From assembly GCA_013115145.1 (NCBI GenBank), contig JAAPAO010000208.1, positions 1 through 52,519 on the forward strand: DNA of 52,519 bases, read 5' to 3'. The position numbers were made by a program, and so were the translations under genes. The notes beneath the pieces are model-generated. The model saw only the letters and a program-made list of their open reading frames with translations, made no database searches and was not told where the DNA came from. Origin of the DNA: Perkinsus chesapeaki ATCC PRA-425. Taxonomy: Eukaryota; Protista; Perkinsozoa. Below, in pieces: positions 12,097-23,700 of the stretch. Every line of letters starts with the position of its first letter. The stretch's first letter is position 1.

Positions 12097-13650
12097 ATGT
12101 TCAGTACTGGGAGGCGGTTCGAATCTCCCAGATCTTATGAAGTCCCGGGCCCGGGAACCTACGGTGAGATCCGGGTAGCCGGCTCCTGTGGATAGAAGTT
12201 GCGATCAGAATCACGGAGCTGTTTCGAGCCTCCTTTGTCACCTGAGGTTTCCTACATTGGCTGCCGAGAGGATGTCGATTGGCTATATGAGTGTAACTTT
12301 GACGAGCTGGGATCTGTTTGACTACCAGTGGCAGTTTCACCCTCCCAACGTCGTTGCCGATCAAATAGCAGTCCGCTGCACAATCGGCGGTCCTCGGTGA
12401 AGAGTCGCTCCTCACAAAGCGTCATCCAGCTGGAGCAATCATTGCGGGGCTTTCGTAGCTGTCGCATTGCCAGTCATGCCTATGTTGCGTGACGTCAGGC
12501 ACACCGTCGAGCTTCTGGACGTCAAGCACAGGCGAGAGGGACTCATGGGTAGTGTACACCATGGACAGCAGCAAGGAAGTTTTAGTGCGGAGATCTGGCG
12601 AGGATCTAAAAGTGAGTTATTCGGAATGTGTCAGTCTACAGTTTCATTCCTCAGACTTCGTCCATAAGAGGGCCGGGAGTGTATTACGATCCTTTACGGG
12701 AACGCGAGCTGAATTCCAGCTGCGGACAAAGTCACAATTTTCGAGGGAAGTGCGAAGAGGCCAAAGCGCTTTGGTAGGAAAACTCTACCGTAGTCACTCT
12801 ACTTGGGATTCAGGCATCGAAGCGCTTATTCACACAAGTACCGGATTCCTCCACCTCTTACACATAGCGTCTTGTCCTTTACTGGTATGATGGGATGGCA
12901 GAACTTGGGGTTTCTCTAGTGCTACAGGGAAGCTAACATGCGCGCTTAGCCCGAGGAATGGCCGAAGGTCCATCTCTATAGGCTTATCTTTTTTCTTTAG
13001 TGGTGACGTTAAGGCTTAACACTGTGGGAAAGCCCTCGAGAGGAATATTTCAAAGACTTTGACGTCATATGGGTCTCCTCCAAGTGGCTATAATTTGCAG
13101 GTGGCTGGTCGAACCCACCTCCGCGTACAAGCTTCCACAGAGGCTCCTTCACTGACTACAGCTGGCGAAGTATTCTAGAAGACGGCGACGTTGAGGAGCC
13201 TTACTGGCCTCCAGAGTTCTCCCCAGAAGAAGTAGAAACTTTCGGACACTAATCTAATTATAAGTGAGCATTCAGGTGGAACGTGGCAGTTTAACATCCA
13301 AAGAGAGGTCGGCGAGGCTCGATGAAGGACTGGAAGGAGGAAATGATGTGCTTGTCGATGGCTTAGCCGAAGGGTACGCTGCCGTCTCTGTTTTGTCTAC
13401 TTGTACGGTTTTATCTAACCCCCTGACAGCGTCGAAACAGATCTCTGGTCTAGAGTGCATTCCTCTTAGGCATTCGCCCTTCGATGTTCTCCTATCTGGC
13501 TCTACTACAAATGTTGCAGACGCTTTGCGGGACCTTGACCATGTTACGCCTCCTGGCAGCAGTCATGGTAGCTCTATCAGCATCAAAGCCGGGCATTTGA
13601 TGAGTTTGCAGGCCGCCGCCCTTCGAAGGCTCCTAGAAGGCCAATTCTAG
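12097..13650 (+). CDS. Second SHIPPO-like PGP-repeat protein (exon model uncertain)
   Basis: MFSTGRRFESPRSYEVPGPGTY at 12097, RGPGVYYD near 12670 and SPPSGYNL near 13075, each next to GT-AG boundaries. The 3' exon may extend to 13650. Confidence 0.5.
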
Positions 13651-13850
13651 CTGTTACTGAACAGAAGCGTGAAGCCAGTTGTTCCCGATCTCCACGTAAT
13701 CGCAGTAACAAACAGACTTTCAGTTCACCGGCTGAGCTCTCTTACCACACAGTATATTATTGAGTCATGATCATAGTTGTTCCTTACGAGACTAAACAGT
13801 ACGGATTGTGTTGCCTGTCAACTAGTTAGCCCACCAAACGATAACATTGC

Positions 13851-15060
13851 ATGGCAAGTTTAGTAGAGACCATGTCTGATTGCGCTGAGGTTGCGCGTAA
13901 CTATGATCTGTCCTACGGGCAAGTCGCCAGCACCATAAGACGTGTCGTGCCGCCTAAGAGGTGGGCAAATCCTCCCAATGAGATAGGACATATTTCACCG
14001 TCAAGATACCGACCGTTACAACCTGGAGAAGCTCTGTCCTTCTCGGGTGCCGGAATATTACCGGTTGCCATCCGGCCTACCGATGGTGATGTTGTGGTGA
14101 GAAAGAGGCTTCTCCTTGAGACCCTGCTAATAGCAACATTCAGGTGTTGCTCCACAGAGCTAAGATTGCAGGCTCTGGCGCGGAACTCCTTTACGATTTC
14201 GGCGGTTTCAAACTGACTCCAGAAGAGCGTCCATCTGCAACCGCCAGTCGGCATTTTGGTGATTTAACCTACGGTCTTTTCAGCGTAAGTTTCCATGAGC
14301 TCCGCATTGCAGCTACATCGCGAACGATGACAACTGTCCCAGGAGAGAACTCTACACCTTTTTTCCTTACCCTCAGTTTCAACCGGACCACTCTTCTGGC
14401 TTGGGCGCTGGAGTCGCCTACGATGATGCTCTTCTCGACACACTGTACAACGCGATGTTGCTTCTTTGTATTAAACTGCTCTCATACATAGGTTCGCGCC
14501 CCCCGGAGACCCTACAGCTCGCCGAGCACTACCAAGCGCTGTTGCTCAATCATGGGCACAGGAAAGGCTCCTCAAGCTGTCCGGCACCCCGGCTCCTGAC
14601 GAGGTGGAAAAAGGCCCAAGATCTTACCCAACTTCGATGCTCGTTGGGCTGGCAATTACTCAGATACTAAGATGCACTCACGTTAATAATCGTGCTCTAG
14701 ATGATGTTAGTGATGGATCGTATATCTGTTACTTGCTGCCCGTGCAGTATATCGACGATGGAACTCTTAAGTAGGGACGTTCCTCCTAGTTAGTTAACCT
14801 TTTTCACACAGTTACGCGTCTGAGTTGTGCGATGGTGGCTCCCGACAATTTCAATGGGTGCCGGCTCAGAGCATTTCATGTTTCCCGATAGCACCTCGTA
14901 TTTCGATGCACAGCCTTCGAATGGTGAGATGGGACCAGGAGGACTTGAGCGACTTCCTATCATTTGCTCCGGGTCGCCGATTGACAGCTTAATCTACTCA
15001 GCATTTGGAGGCTCTGACTCCGACCGACCTCGAGAAGGCGCTTACGCTGCAGGAGATTGA
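13851..15060 (+). CDS. Nudix-fold protein with degenerate Nudix box
   Basis: Spliced: FSGAGILPVAIRPTDGDVVVLLHRAKIAGSGAELLYDFGGFKLTPEERPSATASRHFGDLTYG, later YICYLLPVQY and QFQWVP. The layout is Nudix-like but the REUxEE motif is altered. Confidence 0.65.
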
Positions 15061-15962
15061 TCCTCAGAATGTATTCCCATGTGAGCCACTGACAGCCGGC
15101 TTTCTCAGTACTGGTTAATACTAATTCAGGTCACTTCAACGTGTCAGGCGACCGGCTAAACTAACTCATAACTCTTGATATCGATTACGTTGATGTGTGA
15201 TGTAACAAGGAATCGTACTTGAGTTGAAGTTACACAGTTGGCATACAGCCAGGCAAGACAAGGCTCGATAAGCAAGGCCATAAGTACCCTTTCGTGTGAC
15301 CAATGTCATTTGGCCAATGAATGTGACATTCTGAGGGAACCCTCCAGTGGGCCCCGGAAATGCTATTCAACATCCTCAAGTAGCAACGTGTACGGGGAAG
15401 GATACAGACTTTGTAGCAAGCATACGACAGTAGACTGGGACGAAAAGCATACGACTACTTGTGGCCACTATAGTAGTTTTTCGACCACTAAAGACTAGCG
15501 ATGCTATGCACAACAAATTGATGACGTCGAAGACTCCACTGAAAACATTAACAACATTGAATAACCTGTCGACGCAAGAAGCGATACAGATAGGGGATGA
15601 TGAAGGTATACAACAGCTCAGCAGCCTTATGAGCCTTGCCGAGCCAGCAGAGCCCGAAAGGGCACTCCGGGTCAATGGCTTCATCGTGAGATATAGAAAC
15701 AATAAATCAAGGTAAACAACTAGAGTGAGCACCTTGCCACCCATAGGGATAACCGTACGGGGATGATATATTCGAGATGATGGGCATCTCGAGAGTCCAA
15801 CGCACCGGCTTAGTAAGATTGAGTCCATAACCTTGATCGGAGTCTAGCAAAAAGCTGCTCCGGCTGAGATACCGCTACTAGCATATATTGTGGCTCTCAC
15901 TAAGTGATGAAGGAAAATGTGCCTTCTGCCTTCCTTAGCACTAAACGCATCGCGCAGCCTGA

Positions 15963-16181
15963 CACGGTCACCGTGCCAACCTGGCACGGTTACTGCAATG
16001 TAATTGCACGTTAATCACGTCAGATTTTTCAGAGGTTCTTAAACAAATCAAATTTCCTCGGCCCGTGTGTGTCACAGGGATGCGGATTCGCCCTGATTTT
16101 ACCATGGTCACCGCGACCCTCTCGGCTCGTGTGTGCCACAGAGATGTATGCTCCCCCCGATTCTAGCATGGTCACCGCGAC
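15963..16181. repeat. GGTCACCG motif x3, overlapping hairpins and a 15-bp direct repeat
   Basis: CACGGT-c-ACCGTG and ACCGTGCCA-acc-TGGCACGGT at 15963-15990; CATGGTCACCGCGAC at 16103-16117 and 16167-16181. Confidence 0.85.
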
Positions 16182-16508
16182 TCTTGGTATGCTCGTCGTG
16201 ATGTGGCTAAACAGTAATCACTTTACGCTGCGAGACTCATGTCATTTAGTGAAGAAAGGATGAGCTTTCCAATGGGACTAGGTCTGAATTATCTGCTTTA
16301 ATATACTTTCTTAACAAAAACATGAATTTTGCGTGCATTTTCAAGCTGTGGTTTCTAAGAATGTGTTGCACCGATTTTGCACAATTCTTTTAATTACTCA
16401 CTACTGACAAGGAGTTCGGCTCTGAAACTTGGAGGATATACTTATTATGACTAGGGAACATATCCTTGAGGTAATCGTTGAGTACACTTTAGTTGATCTT
16501 AAACCCTT

Positions 16509-16561
16509 AAAAAACACGACTCGTGTTTTTTTTTATCAACTCGTGTTACACGAGTTGATAA
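16509..16561. repeat. Two adjacent near-perfect palindromes in an AT-rich tract
   Basis: AAAAAACACGA-c-TCGTGTTTTTT (16509-16531) and TTATCAACTCGTGT-t-ACACGAGTTGATAA (16533-16561). Confidence 0.95.
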
Positions 16562-16656
16562 GAATTTAACGCCCGGTGTATGCACACCACGACAATCGCC
16601 AGAAGGGATATCTTCCCTGGTACATTAGTAATCACACTGATGAGCAAAGCAATGAA

Positions 16657-17449
16657 AATGGACGAGGAAGGCGGCACTACTCATATGCATGTTGGCAATG
16701 ATCATTGTTATCATGGCCAGGAAGTTCTTCAAGTTGAAGTCGTCGACCTAATAGCTTAGAGAAATCCATGTTCGCGTGCTGGGTCAAAATATTTGTAAGG
16801 GTGAAGTTCACAACACAGAGTCGCAATGCATGAAACCATGCAGCCGTACCTCTACGAGTGAACCACTTCAGGCCGCCGGCCTGAGGCCGGAGCGTTGGAT
16901 TACCGCGAGTAGTGCTGGTATCAATAAGGATCGTGCACGAGAGCATCTAGTGAGCTGTGTCATATCTGTCCATCATAGTACTTTCGTTGTATGTCAGTCT
17001 ATCCTATATTAGTCTGTATCTGAGCCCATGATTGTAGCACTCGCCACCATGTGGGCGATCGCGACCGATTAGCAGCTAATCCATAAGCTGCTACTGTGTT
17101 ATATTCATGTGTCCACCAGACGCATGGGTTTCGGGTTTCGCTCCTACCCGAATCATGATTAGCTTGCCAAACCAGCTTATCATTAGCTGTGCTATTCCCG
17201 CGGGAACCCTGTGCGATTCGGGCCCACTCCAGAATAAGAGTCTTTTGTTGATCTCTCATGCCTCCCGCGAGTCGCGTTACTAAAAAGTCTGCTAATACTT
17301 CATCTGCCCAAGGGTCTGATGAACACAGTGGTCGTGACAGCTTACTAGCATTTGGTGGAGGCCCTCGACGGTGCCCCGGCCAGGATATGGCACTGGAAGA
17401 AGCGACTGTGTTCTTGGCCATGATACTCGATGATTACATTACTCGATGA
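16657..17449 (+). pseudogene. Cytochrome P450 remnant
   Basis: Haem motif FGGGPRRCPGQDMALEEATVFLAMIL*, an interrupted FRP/ERW motif at 16867-16898 and a possible N-terminal anchor fragment (AALLICMLAMIIVIMARKFFK). About 0.8 kb is far too short for a full P450. Confidence 0.7.
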
Positions 17450-17949
17450 CATTTCGATGATATTAAACATAGTTATGATCTATCGGCTGTTCGTGGAGTA
17501 GATATGTTCACTTATCACCCTGACAATTTCGAATCAAAATGACTTCTCGCCGAGGAGTCCTCGGTCTGCTTCGTGACTCCGGGTGACTCAGGGTTTCTTT
17601 GTCGAGGTGGACTCCATCCTTTCCGCTTCGTGCTGGAGATCCGAGTTACTGGCCAGTTGTACATGAGAGAGAGTTTCTCTACTGAGGTAGCCCAGTGGCC
17701 TCAGCTCAGGGCGCATATATCAGCTAGCAACCTTAATATAGGTCCCCTGATATCAGATTCTTGTAGGATATACTAGAGATAAAGCCTCGTCTGCTTCGGT
17801 AACGTGTAATTAGCAACCTTTTGCATGCATTCTCGAGCCACGAAGCGTAGCTGTTTACCGCCGTTTACACCTGATCTACTGCAATATGACATTGGCGATA
17901 AGAAATCGGTGTTATTGCTGGCAGCTTCAAGACTCTCCTGTAACGCTTA

Positions 17950-19385
17950 ATGGCTAATCCCACGAATTTCCGGGGAAACTTTTATGTTACTGGGTGAGCA
18001 AGGCCAGTGAAATTGCTGATGTTCTGCGTGTCATTTAGGTGCGATTCTGGATTTGGCCGAGGACTGGTTGAGCTCCTCTACGCCGAGGGGTATCGAGTAT
18101 TCGCTGGATGTTTACAAGAAGGCAGTGTTCGTGAACTAGACTTATCATTCAAATGTGGCGATTCTATGAAACGTACAGGCAGTGGAACTGGTTGATACTA
18201 GAGGTTTCATGAGTGTCAGGATCTGAGAGAAACAACGGCGTTGTTGTGCCGTTTCTGCTGGATGTTACGAAACCAGATGCGGTAGAAGCAGCTGCAGAGA
18301 AGATAGCTACGATGACTTCGAGTCTCGATGGTCTAGTTAATAATGCAGGACTTCTTCGAATCACAATTCCCGAACTGGTAAAAATATCATTCAAGCCAGA
18401 TGTTGAAGCCTGATCATTTCTGTACTAGTCCGTTCCATCTGCCTTTCGAGAAGTTATTGAAACGAATGTTATCGGCACCCATATGGTCACTGAGTCGGTA
18501 ATGAAGCTATTAAGAGCCGGCAATGGCAGGATTGTCAATGTTACAAGCGTAACAGGCTTCCTTGCGCCACCCGGAGGTACGTCATACGGAGCTCCCTTTA
18601 AGCCTTCGAGCTCAGTTACAGCGTATGCAGCTAGCAAGCATGCTCTTGAGGGATACAGTGATGGCATTAGGCAGATCCTTTCGCCGTTAGGGATAAGTGT
18701 GCACATCGTTGAGCCAGGGTGAGTTCGCAGAGCCTGAGATCCAGTGAACTTTGTTGGCCGTTTTCTTCAGGATATTCCCCAGTACTGGCTTATTCACGAA
18801 AATGGATTTGCAAGCCGTCGACCAGCTAAGCGAAGAAGTTCGGTTGGCTTATGGTGCGTTTATGAATGGTTCCAATGGTATGTCTAATGTAGGTGAAGAT
18901 TATATTAATTATATTCGAGCAGCCATTCGACTTATACTTCAAAATCCAAGAACCGGCAACTCCAGGATAACTGGAGTCCTAGAAGCTCTTATGGACGCGC
19001 TGACGGGAACGAATCCTAGGTGGGTATCTACGCTCTTGATGGTCCTCAAGTTAGGATTACACTCAGACTGATATCGTTCAAGGTACCGGTATCGCGTAGG
19101 CTTGGATTGCAAGGTGGCCTTTTTTCTACACATGCTCCCCGAGGTAGATTTCAGTTAGTAGCAGCTGGCGAAGTTGTGTTATTTCAGTTTGTCTCGGATG
19201 CGGTGCTAAAGTATATGATTTATTGGAGCAGTGGTATAAAGCCAGTGCAACCTAGCTGTGTATCCAGACAGCCTGGAAGCGATGCGACCCATCGATATAG
19301 AAGGCTCACGTGGTCATCAGGTATTTGCTGTCTGTTCATTGTTACATTTATGGTCACATTATTCAAGCATTTCTCAGCCTCTTGA
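17950..19385 (+). CDS. Classical short-chain dehydrogenase (retinol DH / BDH1-like)
   Basis: VTGCDSGFG (TGxxxGxG), DGLVNNAG, GRIVNVTS, catalytic YAASK and VHIVEPG. 3' end approximate. Confidence 0.9.
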
Positions 19386-20200
19386 GACTTCTTGTCGAAG
19401 TAGTGCCACTCGCGTAGTTCGCTGCTGATGATTCGAGACTTTTTATTGCGGCAGTATCGTGCGGTTTTCTTCCCGAGATGTTCCGACTGCTTCAGTCTAT
19501 TGTCGGTGCCATCTAACCGCAAACTTTCTGAGAACAGTGATTAGTTGGAACTTGGGTATATGTCACTCGTTTCACTTCGTTGAGACCTGTAGGGTACTGT
19601 GTTCTCTCGAAGATACTCATACACGTGATAATTCAGAGACATCGGTGGGAGAAGATGTTCGCAAAGCACAGTTGGAGCAATCCGTTGAAGAGTTAGCTCG
19701 GCAGCTGACCTTATACCCTGCTAGTAAACACTTGAAACTTGTTTAAACACTTGGAGCAAGCTATATAAGGCGAGAGTGAAGAGTTGTGTACATAAAGATT
19801 CTCACAAGGAAGTGGATGTAAACGAACAATTCCGGCCGCTTTGGTACTCGAGGTAATTGCGTTAGGCCGAAAAGGTGATCAGATACCAAATTCGACTGGC
19901 TCGAAGCGATTTGATACTAAAAAACGACCCAAAAGGAGCGCATCACAACGAAGGTGTCCATTCAACATAACGAGCGTATTCTTTGACAGAGAATCTCGGT
20001 GCGAAGCTGAGCATTTGCGCTGTATTCTCACAGGAATGTACAGACATTCACGCGGTAGGACCGAACAAGGATAACTCCTGCCAGGTACTCCTCAGGCTCG
20101 CGCGGGCTACGCCTACCGCTGTTTTGAGGATCCTACGGATTTAGCTCAGAAACAATAGATCCTTGCAACTCTTATTTGCCTTCTTACTGGAATATGCCAT
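19220..20200 (-). CDS. Hypothetical multi-exon protein
   Basis: A tentative splice model gives MAYSSKK/DPQNSGRRSPREPEEYLAGVILVRSYR/NTAQMLSFAPRFSVKEYARYVEWTPS/IKSLR. No recognisable domain; downstream exons uncertain. Confidence 0.3.
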
Positions 20201-20590
20201 ATTGAGTACGATACTGTATTCGGGTCGAAGCAAAGCAGATCCTATTGCCCTTGTCAACATTCTGAGCACCTCAGTTGACAACATAACTAAGTAGGCTGTT
20301 CCGTACTTTGCATAGGTAAATGTACGCGTACACATGGTAACAGTCATTACAGATGTCACCGTGCCTGGAGCATGATACTTGGTCGTATACAAAATAAATT
20401 ATGTGTTCGATGAATCCTCAGCGGGTTCTCGTATGACCCGACCTACCATTCGCTACCAATTCCTACCAACTATTTAACAACCGTAACGTGACGCGGGTGT
20501 CTGTGACGCCAGTGCGCTACAGTAGTGCTGTCTGAACCGGGGGAACTATATCCGTATAGCATCTACGCCATAATAATGGATTCCATGGTA

Positions 20591-20709
20591 GCCCCCTAGC
20601 TGGTGGTTTATGTTCCCAGTCAGCTTGACCGTTGCTATAAACATTGCAGTCTTTTGTAATTTACAGTCTTTACTGGCATCCACGGTCGATCCCCGGCGGG
20701 GGCATTTTT
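20591..20709 (+). pseudogene. Degenerate tRNA-like element (possibly Thr-UGU derived)
   Basis: 5' GCCCCC pairs with 3' GGGGGC, followed by discriminator A and TTTTT. A-box-like TAGCTGGTGG, degenerate T-loop GGTCGATCC and internal TTGTAA. Too long (114 nt) and the boxes are imperfect. Confidence 0.35.
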
Positions 20710-20795
20710 AAAGTAATTTTCGCTGATACCCCGTGAGTATTGGGAGAGCCTGTTAGTTCCATTCACGAATAACATAGTTGTGTTGCATTCTTGCA

Positions 20796-23700
20796 ATGCC
20801 TGTTAATCCAACATCTGGAGCCCTAATAACTGGCGAGATAGCCGCACCGGAGAACCAGAAGGTACTTTAACGTATAATTATCTTCCTGCACCTGTCGGCA
20901 AGGCCCTAGAAGTTGGTACAGTTAACCAGCAGCCGTCGAAAGGGGCAGTAGAATCTCCGATCGTTTGTCTTGAAGTGCTCGAAAATGAGGTATCAAAACT
21001 GTTATTGCGAGGAGTAATGAGACTTGGGGTTAGCTTACGAGAGTTCTGCACAATCGAGGAGATCCCTGCCGTCTCGACAAAGCGAAGAAAGTATTGGAGA
21101 GATATAAGGGAAATGACTGGGTAATCGGCAGTAGTACTTGGGGGAAACAGCAGCTTCAGTGTGCGGCAGATCATACATCAGTCATGTCCCAGTCAACAAG
21201 GTTTCCATGTCTGTGGGTATTCTAGGGTTAAAGTCAGACACAGGACGGACCTATTTCAGTTACTGGTACTGGTTACGAATAAGTACTACAACCGTGATAG
21301 CTCCTATTCAGGTGCTTACTTGGTCGCCTAGATCAAGGAGCCCGATTCATAATCATCCATGTGAAAGATGCTTTTTAATGCCGTTACAGGTAGATGCATA
21401 TCTAGCAGCAGTACAGTAGCAGCAGGGGTGCTTCCAGGGTGATTTGCACGAAGAGCGGTATGAAGTACAAGAGGAGCAGAAGCCAGGAATGAACCATAAG
21501 CTTGTCTCAAGGACTGCGATACCTATAAGGTAGTAGCCTTCGTTCACTTGTAATCAGTTATTAGCGTACGGTGTAGAACCGCCGCGTGGATCGACAACAG
21601 CATGGGCTGGCACGCCATTGAAAACTCTGGTGATGGCCTGGGCGTGTCCCTGCATTGTTATGTAATAGCATTACCGTCGGTCGATGTTAGCGAATATCAG
21701 ATCCCTGCGTACAGTCAATGTAAGATTATTGACACTGTGTCGAAGGAGATACGCAGTGTGGCGTGTCTGCCGAAGGATGTCTGTGCTCAGCCACTGCATG
21801 AAGCCATTATGGAGAGGACTAGGAAGTAATGTCTTTATGACGGTGAGTAGAGTTGGATATAGGATAGCGGTATAGGTATATTGCAGCACAGGAGGACTGC
21901 TGCTCTGACGATAATCCACCCATCCCTGTCGTCTCGGTAGGTGTGTGACTCTACATTCCTGAGGGTAATGTCAGGCTCGAGCCAGACAGGACATTGAGTC
22001 CGCCTTTGCCTCGGCATCGTGCCCATTAGCTTTTGATAAGGAAAGCTTGCCTTTGGATGACGACTGTCTTAAAAGAGCAGTCGACTTCACATGCGACCTC
22101 TCCGTATGGACCCTTCCCGTCCAAGCTGCTGTCTATCAGTTCGCAGGTGAACACAGGGCACCTATTCTTCTTTAACCAGCTCTTTGCCCGAGCTGATCCT
22201 CTAGCTGTTGCAGCTGAAGGGCTCACAGCTGCGCTAAACGTTAATATGTAGGAGATTGCATAATATTGTTAAGAAGATTGCCTCTAGGTACACCTTCGAG
22301 ATGGCGCCAGTGATGTTGCTCATGGAACGTAAGCTACTTCAGCACATGGCCTCCTTCCTAGGGTGGTACGAGCATAAATCTGGACTCAGTCGTATGCCAA
22401 GTCCGACACTCGAAGGTATAGATCTTGGCATGGTGGCGTGGTGGTGGGATGTGTTCTTAGGCAGCGAAGGCTTTGAACTGACGAGGCTCACGTCTGGCCT
22501 GAGCGACAAAGCTAAAGAGCTGGTAGTGCTGGCGGACATCTGGGGAAAGGGGGTTGGACTGGTCCTTGCCAGTTTGACGGTATGCTCCTACCTGGTGCCT
22601 CGCACTGCAACATAACAGCCCTGCATGTCGCTAGGCAAGAGCTGTTCCCGGATAGTGTGGAGGAGGGGGTCCTCGGGGTTGAAGGTGAGGGATGTGGGGA
22701 TAATAGGTTAATATAGACTTTAGGTTCTTTACATGGCCGACTGATGGTATTTACTTCAGCAGATTCGCACTGTTCAATGGAGAGGGGATGCATGATGCTT
22801 GGTAGTGCCTCATGGGGCAAGCTCGGCCGGGTGTACACTGGGGCACGTTTTTGAATGAATTGAAAATATTTCAAAGGCAATTCCGTCTGTCAGGGAAATG
22901 CTAGAGCCGGGGTATTCGATGGCGTTCCTTTCCTCTTATTAACTCTTTGAAGATGATAATGACAATCGACAGATACTGAGCGGCCGTGTTGAGCGCTGGA
23001 AACGGGTGTTTTTAGCTTATGCCACATCGATGAATTGTTCGGTGCTGCTCAGGATTGGGTAGAAAAAGCTTGGTGTATGTGAAGACGGATCCAGAGACCT
23101 GTCAAATGATACCAGAGGAGCTTGATAAGGCTATTAACTTCGAGGTAGTCATGTGCCTCTGTGATGGAGCTTCGCTCCGCTGTGAATGTTCTTAGATTCA
23201 AAAAGGGAATACACCCTTCTTTATCAACGCCACCGCGGGCACAACAGTCGCTGGTGCCTTTGACGATTGTGATGCAATAGCAGCCGTGGCCGAAAAGTAC
23301 GGTTCGATTTGAGCGCCGGAGATAGTTGCTCAGGTATAACTGCTGGTTACATGTAGATGGGGCTTTGGGGGCATCATTCCTACTGGCCAAAGGTGAAGAG
23401 CCATATGATAGTCTCACACGTAGGGGTTGGATGGGAAGGGTGTTGGGCTATTCATAGGATTTAGGTGGAATGGAGAAAGCTGATTCTATCTCGTGGAATC
23501 TACATAAGTTGCTGGGAGTGCCGCTCCAGTGTAGCGCACTGCTGTGTAGACATCCTGGCGCTTTAAGACAGGCTCATGAGGAACGTCATGGAACTGAGGT
23601 TAGGAGGCGGAGCGAAGCGATTATTTAATACCGTTTTTGTTTTCAATTTCTTCAGGCGTTCCCTTGCTTGAGCCCATTGGACACCGTGTATGACTCGTCA

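Noticed and set aside
15238-15828. ORFs at 15238-15828 as a gene
   Set aside because: No recognisable motif and no consistent splice model longer than about 100 aa.
18173-18219. GC-AG intron in the SDR (CAG/GCAGT at 18179)
   Set aside because: A GT donor at 18173 has the same phase, so a non-canonical site is not needed.
17950-19385. SDR as the hypotaurine-oxidising third step of a taurine cluster
   Set aside because: It is a retinol/hydroxybutyrate-type SDR that oxidises C-OH groups; nothing beyond proximity supports a link.
23665-23680. Spliced-leader relic (GGCTCAAG on the minus strand)
   Set aside because: Only 8 nt match and it lies inside a coding exon; no full SL sequence was seen by eye in the window.
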